The position numbers and the translations under genes were made by a program. DNA of 64,000 bases from Coleofasciculus sp. B1-GNL1-01. GTDB lineage: Bacteria > Cyanobacteriota > Cyanobacteriia > Cyanobacteriales > Coleofasciculaceae. The notes below the pieces were generated by a model, which was not told the origin of the DNA, ran no database searches, and saw only the letters and a list, made by a program, of their open reading frames with translations. Shown here one piece after another: positions 52,270-61,929 of this stretch. Position 1 is the first letter of the stretch, and each line of letters starts with the position of its first letter. The stretch is taken from NCBI GenBank assembly GCA_040220235.1, contig JAVJTO010000006.1, one strand, 5' to 3'.

Positions 52270-52381
52270 CTTTTGTATGTTCTTGTGGAACACCTTCCAG
52301 ACGTGCCATGGCACGTCTCTACATGGCTTCCCCATCTTCCCCATCTCCCCCTCACCTCACCACTTATTCAGCAGCCCCTAC

Positions 52382-53629
52382 TTAGTGAGCCTCAGAGGTT
52401 TGGCGATTCTGATGTTTAGAGCTGTAGAGTTGGCTCAAAGGCGTGGCACTAATACTATGGGCAAGGATAGAGGCAAAAATTAGCAAGCTGCTAACCACCC
52501 AAACCTGGTGATTACCCGTGAGGCGCAGCGCCAGATGAGAATAGTAAAGAGCCGCAACGCCAATGGGACCAAACCAACCCACGAACAGAGAATCTGAGAC
52601 ACCGTGCAGGCGCTTAATCAAAGGACTGAGCGCCAGGATTGCGGGGAGGCGGCGCAAGAACAAGACGGCTACCACTAGCAGTAAGCCTTTCCAGCTCAGT
52701 TGTAGCCAGTCTTGCCAGGGCATGACCAAACCCAATAACAGAAAAATAGGTAGAGTAAAGAAGCGATCCACAGCTTCTTGGATTCGCTCTTCCTGAGTTC
52801 TTTGCTGAGTATCCACGAGTCCATCAAAGACTAATCCGGTTATAAAAACAGCTAGAATACCATCGCTACCCAGTAACTTTGCTGCCCCCAATGCTAGAAG
52901 AGAAAGGGCAACTGTATAAGCGAGAATCGACTTTTTCTCAATTAAGTCCTTCTTTTCAGACCAGACTAATAATCGACCCGCAGTATAGCCCAACAATACA
53001 GCCACCACAATAGCGACACCGATTTCCCAAAGTAGGGTGTGCAGCACCCAATGGGAAAGAGCTTCTCCTGGCGATCGCGTCAGGAGTAGAATAGGCAGAT
53101 AAACTATCGGATACGCTAGCCCATCATTCAACCCCGATTCACTGGAGATGAGGTGACGTAGGCGTCCGGGAATATTTTCCTCAGCAATGATCCCCGTAAC
53201 AATATCCGTAGAGACAACCGGATCAGTCGGTGTTATCACTGCCCCAATTAACATCGCTACCCCAAAAGGCAGACCCAATAACCACCATACAAGTAAACCA
53301 CTACTCAACCACATCAAGGGCATGACTAGCCCCAGTACCACGGCTAAAGACTTCCAGTGTCGGGGAACATATCCTTTGGGTATGCGTAGGGCGACGCCCA
53401 TTAAACCAATAGCAAGGGTTAAACGGGCGGCTTCCTCAATCAAAAGTTCTTTATTGCCCCACCAGCCTGTTATATCAAGCCACCCCAGAATATGTGGACT
53501 CATCAGAATACCCAACAGCAGCGCAATAGTCGAGTCGGAAAAATACATCCGCCGCAGTGGTTTAGACAGTAGCCCCACAGCCACAACCAGTGCGGCGATG
53601 GCAGTTATAGCAATGTTTAGCTGATTCAT
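52382..53629 (-). CDS. CPA1 cation:proton antiporter
   Basis: TPTDPV, ESGLNDG, GWFGPIGV motifs; multi-TM. Confidence 0.92.
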   Translation of the reverse strand: MNQLNIAITAIAALVVAVGLLSKPLRRMYFSDSTIALLLGILMSPHILGWLDITGWWGNKELLIEEAARLTLAIGLMGVALRIPKGYVPRHWKSLAVVLGLVMPLMWLSSGLLVWWLLGLPFGVAMLIGAVITPTDPVVSTDIVTGIIAEENIPGRLRHLISSESGLNDGLAYPIVYLPILLLTRSPGEALSHWVLHTLLWEIGVAIVVAVLLGYTAGRLLVWSEKKDLIEKKSILAYTVALSLLALGAAKLLGSDGILAVFITGLVFDGLVDTQQRTQEERIQEAVDRFFTLPIFLLLGLVMPWQDWLQLSWKGLLLVVAVLFLRRLPAILALSPLIKRLHGVSDSLFVGWFGPIGVAALYYSHLALRLTGNHQVWVVSSLLIFASILAHSISATPLSQLYSSKHQNRQTSEAH

Positions 53630-53940
53630 GATCAGTAGGATAGGGCGGGTTTACAGGGATTTACCGATTTCTTAGTCAATAAATCCTTTGACTAAATTGC
53701 CATAAAAACTTGAACCATTTTCTCTAGGTTAAAACGAAATTGTTACTTTAATAATATACCTACAGATAGATTATAGGACTAGGAAAGGCATTTATTTGGG
53801 GAATTCTAAACCACATAAAGGCAAATAAATGACTATTTATGTCGTTTATATTCCAAAAAAAATGAGGGTTTTAGAGTTTAATTTAAAAAAGTAAATTTTA
53901 AAGCAACTCCAGACATTAAACGTCAGGAGTCCTTTTTTGA

Positions 53941-54201
53941 CTACGGCTTTTCTAGCCGCACGATATACCATTGCAAATATTCTCCAGGTTCCATATCCAA
54001 GTCACAGGAGGTTTCCATCAAATACTTGGCTTGCTCCTCCACAGAAGAAAATTGCTGTAAATCACGGGGTAGATTATCCTGCCGTGTTGCTAAAATAGCT
54101 TTGAGTTTTTCCAGTAACTCCTCAGGTGTGAGAAATTGCTCCGGTTGATTCGTTTCCAGAACAACATAAGCATCCTCTTGGTACATGATTGAATCAGGCA
54201 T
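53941..54201 (-). CDS. crr7: Chlororespiratory reduction 7 family (NDH assembly)
   Basis: YVVLE..PEQFLT.EEL..L..LP.DL..C.L..LQWYIVRLE. Confidence 0.85.
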   Translation of the reverse strand: MPDSIMYQEDAYVVLETNQPEQFLTPEELLEKLKAILATRQDNLPRDLQQFSSVEEQAKYLMETSCDLDMEPGEYLQWYIVRLEKP

Positions 54202-54344
54202 GGTTCATTCCGGGTGTAGTTCAACAGTAATTAGTCTTGGTTCCCCCTTCCTAGGCAGAACCTGGAAGGCTAAGAAGACAAGGCTGGAGTAACTCCTTAC
54301 ATTTAGTATAGAAAAATGACCAATGCTCCATAACCAATATCAAT

Positions 54345-55769
54345 ATGTTTCTCTCCCTGGAATACGAAAGAGCCTTAGAATCCCTCGGCTATGACTATTT
54401 TGATGAAGTCGCCGCCGCTGAATTCCCTTGTCATCACCTGCGGTTCCGTAATGACCAACTGCTGCCAATTTTAGGGTTAGACCCGCAAAGGGTGACAGAT
54501 GCGGATTTTATCCAGGCGTTTGGTCAGTTTGTCGGCATACGACCCTTTTTAGCACTACGCTATCACGGGTATCAGTTTGGCGAATATAATTCCAGATTAG
54601 GAGATGGTCGCGGGTTTCTCTTTGGTCAGGTGCGGGGAACTGATGGCGAACTGTATGATTTTGGCACGAAAGGTTCCGGGACAACTCCCTATTCTAGGGG
54701 TGCGGATGGTCGATTGACCCTCAAAGGTGGAGTACGGGAAGTCCTGGCGGCGGAAGCGTTGCATGGTTTGGGTGTGCGTACCTCTCGCTGTTTAAGTTTG
54801 ATTGAAACCGGGGAACATTTGTGGCGAGGGGATGAACCGTCGCCCACTCGTTCATCGGTGATGGTACGGATGAGTCGTTCTCATATCCGGTTTGGCACGT
54901 TTGAACGGTTGCGCTATTTTAAGCGTCGGGATTTAATTAAAATGCTGCTCGATCATGTCATTGATTATTATTACCCGCATCTGTTGCAACAGCAGGATAG
55001 AGTTGAGCAATATCGCCAATTTTACGCCGAGTTAGTCAAACGAGTGGCAGAGTTAGTGGCTCAATGGATGGCAGCAGGCTTTTGTCATGCTGTTTTAAAT
55101 ACCGATAATATGTCAATTACGGGGGAAAGTTTTGATTATGGTCCTTATGCGTTTATCCCCACCTATAATCCTGTGTTTACAGCAGCGTATTTCGACTATT
55201 ACGGACGCTATTGTTATGGCAATCAACCGAGCATTTGTCGGTTGAATTTGGAAATGTTACAGCAACCGTTAGGCATGGTGATTCCGGTTGCTGATATGGA
55301 AGCTGGGTTAGCGGCTTATGAGGAACACTATTATCAGGCTTATCGGCAGTTGATGCTAAATAAGCTGGGATTTGAGCAAGTGAATGAACCCCAAGGGAAT
55401 GAGTTATTGAGGAGGACGATTGAGTTGTTAAAGGAAACTCAGGTAGGATATCATGCTTTCTTCACCGAATTAACCCAGCAGTTTCACCCTAGTTGGCGCG
55501 ATGATGTCTCACAAATTTTTGATCAGGTCTCGTTTTGCCAGTCGGCTGAACAGCAAGTGTTGTTAGCCAATTGGCGCGAATTATATCATCATATTTTGCA
55601 GGATTTGTCAACGGATGAGTTGGCGAAAATGGCTGATCGGTTACAGGAGAAGAATCCGAAAACTGCATTGCTACGACCTGTTATTGAAGAGGTTTGGGCA
55701 GCTATTGATCGCGACGATAATTGGCAACCGTTTGATGAGTTGGTGAGACGCTTACAAGAAAAAAAATAA
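54345..55769 (+). CDS. selO: SelO/YdiU protein adenylyltransferase
   Basis: [47 protein letters not shown]. Confidence 0.93.
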   Translation: MFLSLEYERALESLGYDYFDEVAAAEFPCHHLRFRNDQLLPILGLDPQRVTDADFIQAFGQFVGIRPFLALRYHGYQFGEYNSRLGDGRGFLFGQVRGTDGELYDFGTKGSGTTPYSRGADGRLTLKGGVREVLAAEALHGLGVRTSRCLSLIETGEHLWRGDEPSPTRSSVMVRMSRSHIRFGTFERLRYFKRRDLIKMLLDHVIDYYYPHLLQQQDRVEQYRQFYAELVKRVAELVAQWMAAGFCHAVLNTDNMSITGESFDYGPYAFIPTYNPVFTAAYFDYYGRYCYGNQPSICRLNLEMLQQPLGMVIPVADMEAGLAAYEEHYYQAYRQLMLNKLGFEQVNEPQGNELLRRTIELLKETQVGYHAFFTELTQQFHPSWRDDVSQIFDQVSFCQSAEQQVLLANWRELYHHILQDLSTDELAKMADRLQEKNPKTALLRPVIEEVWAAIDRDDNWQPFDELVRRLQEKK

Positions 55770-55776
55770 TCTTATA

Positions 55777-55846
55777 TTTGTCATTCGTCATTTGTCATTC
55801 GTCATTCGTCATTCGTCATTTGTCATTTGTCATTTTTCATTCGTCA
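55777..55846. repeat. About 10 copies of the 7-bp STRR unit TT(T/C)GTCA; shorter 7-bp arrays near 15825, 19128, 21760 and 38575
   Basis: Direct reading; lies between convergent genes. Confidence 0.9.
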
Positions 55847-55901
55847 TACTCGATATCGCGAGAAGCAAGCTACGTTTATGTAAGGTCTGAAATCAGTGTT
55901 A

Positions 55902-57950
55902 TTATTTCAAATAAATCAGTAAATTCAGCCCAGGAATAGTCCGAGAAAGTGTCCATAATAACAGGGCAATATAAGCAAGACCTAAACCCCACTGATACCA
56001 CGCCAATGTACTAATAATACCGGGAACATGTTCCTCTCTCAGGCGAATATCATTAAATCCAAACTTAAGCAAATTATTAAAACTAAAGTCATAATAATTC
56101 AGCCAATTCCAGCGACGATCCCAAAGAATCGGCATATAGCGATCGCGGAAAAAGCCAAATCGAGGCATAACCGGGAGGCGTCCAATCAGGAGGCGTAATT
56201 GCCGCATCCCCCCATCTTCGACAAAATAGGTGACATTGAGCATATCATGATAACGCCCTTGCCGATACAGTTGCCACACCAGCAATAGGGGTATCGGAAA
56301 CAGAAGTCCCGCCAAACACAATAGCGTCAGCCAGGGTTGTTCACTGGTTTGAAAAATCGCGATCGCACCGCCCACAGTAGCCGCTGCCCCACTCCCCACC
56401 ATGTACACTGTTTCTAGAGAGGTGGGTAGAATCGGTTTAGGGTAACGTCGCCGCCAACGGTCAAGCAACCAAAACAGCAACCCAAAATAGGCGATCGCGA
56501 TCATTCCCACGCCGAAAACTAAGCCAAAACTGGTACCATCGGCACTTAATAGCAGCAGTAAACTCAATCCCGCCCAGTGTAACCCATCGATTAGCCAATG
56601 GCGCGATCGCAGATTGATATCCTCGCGACCCATTAATTGGAGAATGCTACCCAGTAAACGTCCCCACAGTTGTTCCCGTCGCAATCGTTCCCGAAGATAA
56701 TCTAAGGAATTCGCATCAGGAATTTGTTCTTGTTCGCGAAAGTTGCGGACTAAATTTCGCAGTACATCTTCATTTCCTTCGAGTTTGGGAACGGATAGGA
56801 TTTGTCCCACATGACCCGCATCACCAAAAATTTTAGCTTCGTCTGAGTCAAAGGTCATCCCAGCGACTTTAACATAAGCATTGGGAGAAAAGCGGGTATT
56901 ACTAAAATCCATTTGGTCAAGTAGACTCGCATCCCGCATTAAAATCGGTTGCTGGAACTGGCTTCCCCGGAAGCTAGTGGATTTTTCCCACGTCGCCTCG
57001 GTGAGTAACAACGACTGAGTAAACCGACTCTTACTCAACAACGTGCGATCGCGCCAAATCACTTGGGAAAAATCGGCATCTTCTAGCCATTGGCTTCCGG
57101 TAAAATTGGCAAGCTGGACAAATTCTGCCTGACTAAAATTCCCATTCCCATGAAACGTAGACCGACTAAAATTGGCTATACCTTTAAACTCCACCTGAGT
57201 AAACCCAGCCTTATCAAAGAAGGTATCACCGCTGAAGTTAATATCTCGACCAAACGTAGTGTTACTAAAATCAACAGATTGGCTAAAACTACTCCCTGAC
57301 CAATCGACTTCCTGGATAAACACAGCCTCAGAGACTTCTAAGCGTTGCAGAAAGAAGGTATTGGCGAAATTAATTGCACCGCTTAGACGAGTTTGATTCA
57401 GCTTGAGAGTCCCCCGAAAGACTGTAACCGAGGGAACTTGGTCACTGGATTCGGTGATGAAGCGAGAATCTTTTGCTAATTTTTCTTGTTCCTGGTCAGT
57501 TAACAGGGAAGGCAACGTGGCTTGGGAGAGGGCGGTTTGCAAGCCTAATTTGCTAGCCGTAAACTCTCCTTGAATCAAGGATTCACTCAAGTCTAAAGCG
57601 AGAGGAGTTTGAGAACGAGTCAGCTTGCTTTGCAGGTGTTGGTAAAAATGATCCCGAAAGTCTGTATTCTCGTTGGTTAAATCAATAACAAACTGGCGCA
57701 GATCAATCGTAGAAATGCCTTCGCTTTGAATCGGGGATTCTAGGCGTTCTTCTAGGAGTTCCAGGGTTAACGGTTGACGTTCTGGAGTGGCGGCGAAGGC
57801 GGGGAGGGGGATGAGGAGGAGAAAAAACGTAAGTAGGAATCCCAGGAGTCGCTTGGGGAAAGGGTGTAAGAATTTAATTGGCTTCAAGGCGATCGCATCG
57901 TTAGAGGTTCGTTCAATTATTTTACTGGGATAAGCCCCGACACCTGCCAA
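55902..57950 (-). CDS. Pentapeptide-repeat membrane protein
   Basis: Signal/TM, A(N/D)FS..F repeats, C-terminal TM bundle with KFGFNDIR pore-like loop. Confidence 0.82.
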   Translation of the reverse strand: MAGVGAYPSKIIERTSNDAIALKPIKFLHPFPKRLLGFLLTFFLLLIPLPAFAATPERQPLTLELLEERLESPIQSEGISTIDLRQFVIDLTNENTDFRDHFYQHLQSKLTRSQTPLALDLSESLIQGEFTASKLGLQTALSQATLPSLLTDQEQEKLAKDSRFITESSDQVPSVTVFRGTLKLNQTRLSGAINFANTFFLQRLEVSEAVFIQEVDWSGSSFSQSVDFSNTTFGRDINFSGDTFFDKAGFTQVEFKGIANFSRSTFHGNGNFSQAEFVQLANFTGSQWLEDADFSQVIWRDRTLLSKSRFTQSLLLTEATWEKSTSFRGSQFQQPILMRDASLLDQMDFSNTRFSPNAYVKVAGMTFDSDEAKIFGDAGHVGQILSVPKLEGNEDVLRNLVRNFREQEQIPDANSLDYLRERLRREQLWGRLLGSILQLMGREDINLRSRHWLIDGLHWAGLSLLLLLSADGTSFGLVFGVGMIAIAYFGLLFWLLDRWRRRYPKPILPTSLETVYMVGSGAAATVGGAIAIFQTSEQPWLTLLCLAGLLFPIPLLLVWQLYRQGRYHDMLNVTYFVEDGGMRQLRLLIGRLPVMPRFGFFRDRYMPILWDRRWNWLNYYDFSFNNLLKFGFNDIRLREEHVPGIISTLAWYQWGLGLAYIALLLWTLSRTIPGLNLLIYLK

Positions 57951-58265
57951 GCACTCGCGCTTTGGGTTTCAATCAAAGGCAGTTTAACGTGACAATGTTA
58001 AACTTGTACATTAGCCTCAAATCCTGACAAAGGACAAATGAGTTTTTACGGCTGAAGTTGCTGAAGTTTAGTTTGAGCGGATCGCAAAAGTTCGGGGCTT
58101 CCGTACAGAAGAACCGATTTGTCTGGCTTTGATGGGGCGATTGCTGTCCGGCTCAAACATCTGCGATCGCTAAGGGCATCAAGTCGCCTATAGTATTTTG
58201 CTTTCACTTTGATTCGCGAGGTAAACTTGACTATACTAATCAGGCTAGGCTATAATTTTTACCTT

Positions 58266-59111
58266 ATGCCTTGGTTAGATAAATGGAGTAATGTAACAAA
58301 AAATGGAATTTTATGGAGTGTTTTTCAAGGAGACGCTCACTCGGTTCTATTGGATTTGCCAAGTAATCATTTTAATTGTGTGATCACATCTCCTCCGTAC
58401 TACTGGTTACGTGATTATGGGGTTGAGGAACAAATTGGACAAGAGACAAGCGTTGAAGGCTATGTCAGTGCCATTGCCTCTGTCATGGATGAAGTAAAGC
58501 GGGTACTGAAGGATGATGGTGTCCTTTTCCTCAACTTAGGTGATACCTATTATTCAGGTAAAGGAAAATCTCAAGGAAGGGATCGCAAAAGCAGTAAACG
58601 TCGATTTGGTTTAAGAGCGGTTGATAAAAGCGGTGGTTTAGGAATTGGGCTGCAACCCAAAACAATTATTGGGATGCCTTGGCGGGTTGCTATTGAAATG
58701 ACAATGCGAGGTTGGGTTCTACGCAGTCCTATTATTTGGCATCGAAAACATTGTCTTCCTGAATCCGTTAAAGATAGACCTCGACGTAGCTATGAATATG
58801 TTTTTATGTTTGCTAAAAATAGACGTTATTATTTCAATCGTTCAATGCTTGAAAAAGAAGAAGAGGAAGATATGTGGACAATTGCTGCACGTCCTAAACC
58901 AACTAATGGCATCTACACGGCACCATTCCCTGATGAGTTAGTGCAAAGATGTCTTGATATTGGATGTCCAGCAGATGGGATTGTGCTAGATCCATTTGCT
59001 GGAGGTGGAACCACTCTGAGAGTAGCGCTACAATCAGGAATATCTGCTACTGGAATAGATTTAAACCCTGAGTTTTGTAGTTACATGGTTAGTATGTTAT
59101 GTGGTCTCTGA
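58266..59111 (+). CDS. Beta-class N4-cytosine/N6-adenine DNA methyltransferase
   Basis: Motif IV TSPPY precedes motif I LDPFAGGGTT; NLGD; IIWHRK..PESVKDRP..YEYVFMF. Confidence 0.93.
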   Translation: MPWLDKWSNVTKNGILWSVFQGDAHSVLLDLPSNHFNCVITSPPYYWLRDYGVEEQIGQETSVEGYVSAIASVMDEVKRVLKDDGVLFLNLGDTYYSGKGKSQGRDRKSSKRRFGLRAVDKSGGLGIGLQPKTIIGMPWRVAIEMTMRGWVLRSPIIWHRKHCLPESVKDRPRRSYEYVFMFAKNRRYYFNRSMLEKEEEEDMWTIAARPKPTNGIYTAPFPDELVQRCLDIGCPADGIVLDPFAGGGTTLRVALQSGISATGIDLNPEFCSYMVSMLCGL

Positions 59112-59118
59112 GGGCTAT

Positions 59119-61062
59119 ATGTTTCTCACAGTAAAACAAATCAAAAAATCTCTTGAGCCTCTCAAGTCTCTTCATCCCTTTTATGGGATCACATTTCTAG
59201 TGTGTAAAAAAGCTCATTTACCAGTTGGTGATACCATTCAATTTTCCATCAATGCAAGGGAGACGGAGTTCCTCAATGAATACTTCAAACCGGAACCAAC
59301 GTCTAAACACCCTTACCAAGTCTTCAAAACTTCTAATCCAAGCAATCGTTGGCTTTCACCAAATTATGCTAGCTCAGGCTCTCAGAGTACAAGGACAAGA
59401 GGGGATTTATCTAATGCATTTATTCATGATAAAAATACTAATATCTGGGGATGGCAATCGAATTATGTACAAGTGCTTCACGAACATTTAACTCGAACAA
59501 GAGAGGGTTTAATTCCAACTTTTCATTTAGCTGTATGGTTATATAGAGAAAAAAAATGGTCTTCAGATGCAACAGCTAAAGATATCGTTGATATTTTCTT
59601 TGCAGATTTTTTTATCACAGATAATGAGAAAGAGTTACTTTTTGATGCTTCTATCCCTGACGATACTGTACTAGATAAGCTGTTTCAAGATAAAAAAATA
59701 TCTTCAAGAGATTTACAGGTGATTATTGGTAAACCACCTGACTCTGATCCAGAAGAAGGTGGAACGCTACACCTTTTAGAAATCCAAGGAGTAGGACCAG
59801 CGAAACGATTAATCTTTCAACCCGGCAAAAGGCTTTCGTTGATCACTGGAGACAATGGTCTAGGAAAAACGTTTCTGCTTGATTGTGCGTGGTGGGCTTT
59901 AACGGGTAAATGGGCAGGATTGCAGGCATATCCTACGCCAACGCCAAATGCTAAAAAAAACAAACCCGTCATAGGATTTAAAATCTCTGGAGATTTTGAG
60001 TCCGAAACTATAAGAGTCTCTTACGATTGGCAAACTCAAAGCTGGAAACCGCCTAAGAAGCGACCTACTATTCCTGGTCTACTCGTGTATGCGAAAGTCG
60101 ATGGCTCTTTTGCAGTGTGGGACCCAGCTAAAGAATATCTAGCGATTCAAGAACTTGGAGATAGTGATACAACTCCACGTCCATTTGTTTTTACTAAAGA
60201 TGAAGTTTGGGGTGGGCGCGATATTGAAGTTGGAGGTCGAAAAACTACATTTATAAATGGTTTACTTCAAGATTGGATTCAATGGCAAAGTAGACCTCAA
60301 AATTCTCCATTCAATACGCTTGAAAAAGTGCTAAAACGATTATCTCCCCCCTTACAAAGTGATTTGGGAATTTTCAAACCAGGAGAACCTGTCAGAATTC
60401 CTTACGATGTTAGATCTATACCAACGATTGAGCATTCTTATGGCACGGTTCCTATCGTTTATACTTCAGCAGGTGTTCGTCGTGTCATCACACTTGCCTA
60501 CCTAATTATCTGGGCATGGGAAGAACATAAAATTCAATCCAAGCTGATTCGCAAAAAACCACAGAAAAAGATGGTGATTTTAATTGATGAGTTAGAAGCT
60601 CACCTCCATCCGCAATGGCAAAGGGTGATTTTATCAGCTTTATTGGATGTTAGGGAAGATTTAGCTACTGACTTACAAGTGCAACTGATGGTTGCTACCC
60701 ACTCTCCCATGATTATGGCATCTGTGGAATCGAGATTCGATGAAAAATTAGATAAGTTATTCCGTCTAGATCTTGCCAAGAGTGGCTTAAATACTAACGA
60801 AGTAGATTTGGTTCAATTACCTTTCATCCGTCAAGGGCGCATTGATGCTTGGCTTACATCAGATGTTTTTGGTCTTAGACAACCTCGTTCTATTGAAGGA
60901 GAGCAGGTTATACAAGCCGCAAAAGCACTACAAGAAGCTGAGAATCCGAGTTCACAGGATGTACAGAAGGTTTCAGATAAACTGAGAAAATACTTAGCCG
61001 AGGATGATGAATTCTGGTCTCGGTGGCTATTTTTTGCAAGACAACATGGAGCATCGTTGTGA
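59119..61062 (+). CDS. ABC-type (AAA_21, PtuA-like) ATPase with an N-terminal extension of about 210 aa
   Basis: Walker A GDNGLGKT, signature SAG, Walker B ILIDELEAHLHPQWQR, H-loop ATHSP, C-terminal LTSDVFGL. Confidence 0.88.
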   Translation: MFLTVKQIKKSLEPLKSLHPFYGITFLVCKKAHLPVGDTIQFSINARETEFLNEYFKPEPTSKHPYQVFKTSNPSNRWLSPNYASSGSQSTRTRGDLSNAFIHDKNTNIWGWQSNYVQVLHEHLTRTREGLIPTFHLAVWLYREKKWSSDATAKDIVDIFFADFFITDNEKELLFDASIPDDTVLDKLFQDKKISSRDLQVIIGKPPDSDPEEGGTLHLLEIQGVGPAKRLIFQPGKRLSLITGDNGLGKTFLLDCAWWALTGKWAGLQAYPTPTPNAKKNKPVIGFKISGDFESETIRVSYDWQTQSWKPPKKRPTIPGLLVYAKVDGSFAVWDPAKEYLAIQELGDSDTTPRPFVFTKDEVWGGRDIEVGGRKTTFINGLLQDWIQWQSRPQNSPFNTLEKVLKRLSPPLQSDLGIFKPGEPVRIPYDVRSIPTIEHSYGTVPIVYTSAGVRRVITLAYLIIWAWEEHKIQSKLIRKKPQKKMVILIDELEAHLHPQWQRVILSALLDVREDLATDLQVQLMVATHSPMIMASVESRFDEKLDKLFRLDLAKSGLNTNEVDLVQLPFIRQGRIDAWLTSDVFGLRQPRSIEGEQVIQAAKALQEAENPSSQDVQKVSDKLRKYLAEDDEFWSRWLFFARQHGASL

Positions 61063-61670
61063 TTCCTGTTCAAGAAAAACCTGAACCCATAGATTTTGAA
61101 CGCAAAGTTAGAGCAAAAGGGAGGAATTTCTTACAACAAGTCCCTTGCCCAAAAAATTGGGACAATCGGGAATATTGGAGAAATTCTCTGAAGGATCTCT
61201 ATAAAGCTTATAACGGCGTTTGTGCTTACTCTGCCCAATGGATTCCCGAAACTGAAGGAAGTCCCACCGTTGATCATTTTATTCCAAAAGCCTTTAAACC
61301 GGAGTTAGCCTACGAGTGGAGCAATTTCCGCCTTTCCTGTTTAAAGATGAATGCCAGAAAGAAAGACTTTCAAGATGTTTTAGACCCCTTCCAGATTCAG
61401 TATAGATGGTTTACCTTAAATTTTCCTTCTTTGATCATCAAACCGGGTTTAAATCTAGAACCATCGATTAGAAGTAAAGTTGAGAGTACTATTCAGCGTT
61501 TACAGTTAAATAAAGAGGAAACTATAAATTCTAGATTTTATTGGCTGATGAAATATTGTGAGAATAAATTTCCTTTTGAGTTTTTGCAAGAGGTTGCTCC
61601 ATTTATTGCTTCTGAGTTAGAACGTCAAAATCTTATTGGCTCAATCGCGTCTATCATGTCAGTCAGTTGA
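61059..61670 (+). CDS. HNH endonuclease, PtuB-like
   Basis: CAYS, TVDHFIPK, LAYEWSNFRLSC..MN..K, LDP; GTG start overlaps the ATPase stop, with a GGAG SD. Confidence 0.82.
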   Translation: MIPVQEKPEPIDFERKVRAKGRNFLQQVPCPKNWDNREYWRNSLKDLYKAYNGVCAYSAQWIPETEGSPTVDHFIPKAFKPELAYEWSNFRLSCLKMNARKKDFQDVLDPFQIQYRWFTLNFPSLIIKPGLNLEPSIRSKVESTIQRLQLNKEETINSRFYWLMKYCENKFPFEFLQEVAPFIASELERQNLIGSIASIMSVS

Positions 61671-61929
61671 GTGACTTTTGTTGGACAACTGACAGTTTCA
61701 TCTGTAGCCAAGATGAGCGGTGTGATCGCTTGACAAGGTTTCGGTTTTGGGGGATAATTTTTATAATGGAAAAATGTGCCAGCCTATAGACCCGTATTTC
61801 GCGTTTGAGAAAGGTCAACGCATCAATTGTTTCCTCAAGCAAAGTCACGTTCACTAATCGTAATACCCAACAGCATTGAAAAGGAAATCCCCGACGCATC
61901 TAAGACTTCGGGGATATGACTACACAAAA

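Noticed and set aside
57950..61670. Retron system
   Set aside because: The effector pair is Ec78-like, but no reverse transcriptase motifs occur nearby.
61663..61899. Possible fourth gene of the defence cassette
   Set aside because: Only short ORFs without motifs on either strand; not supportable.
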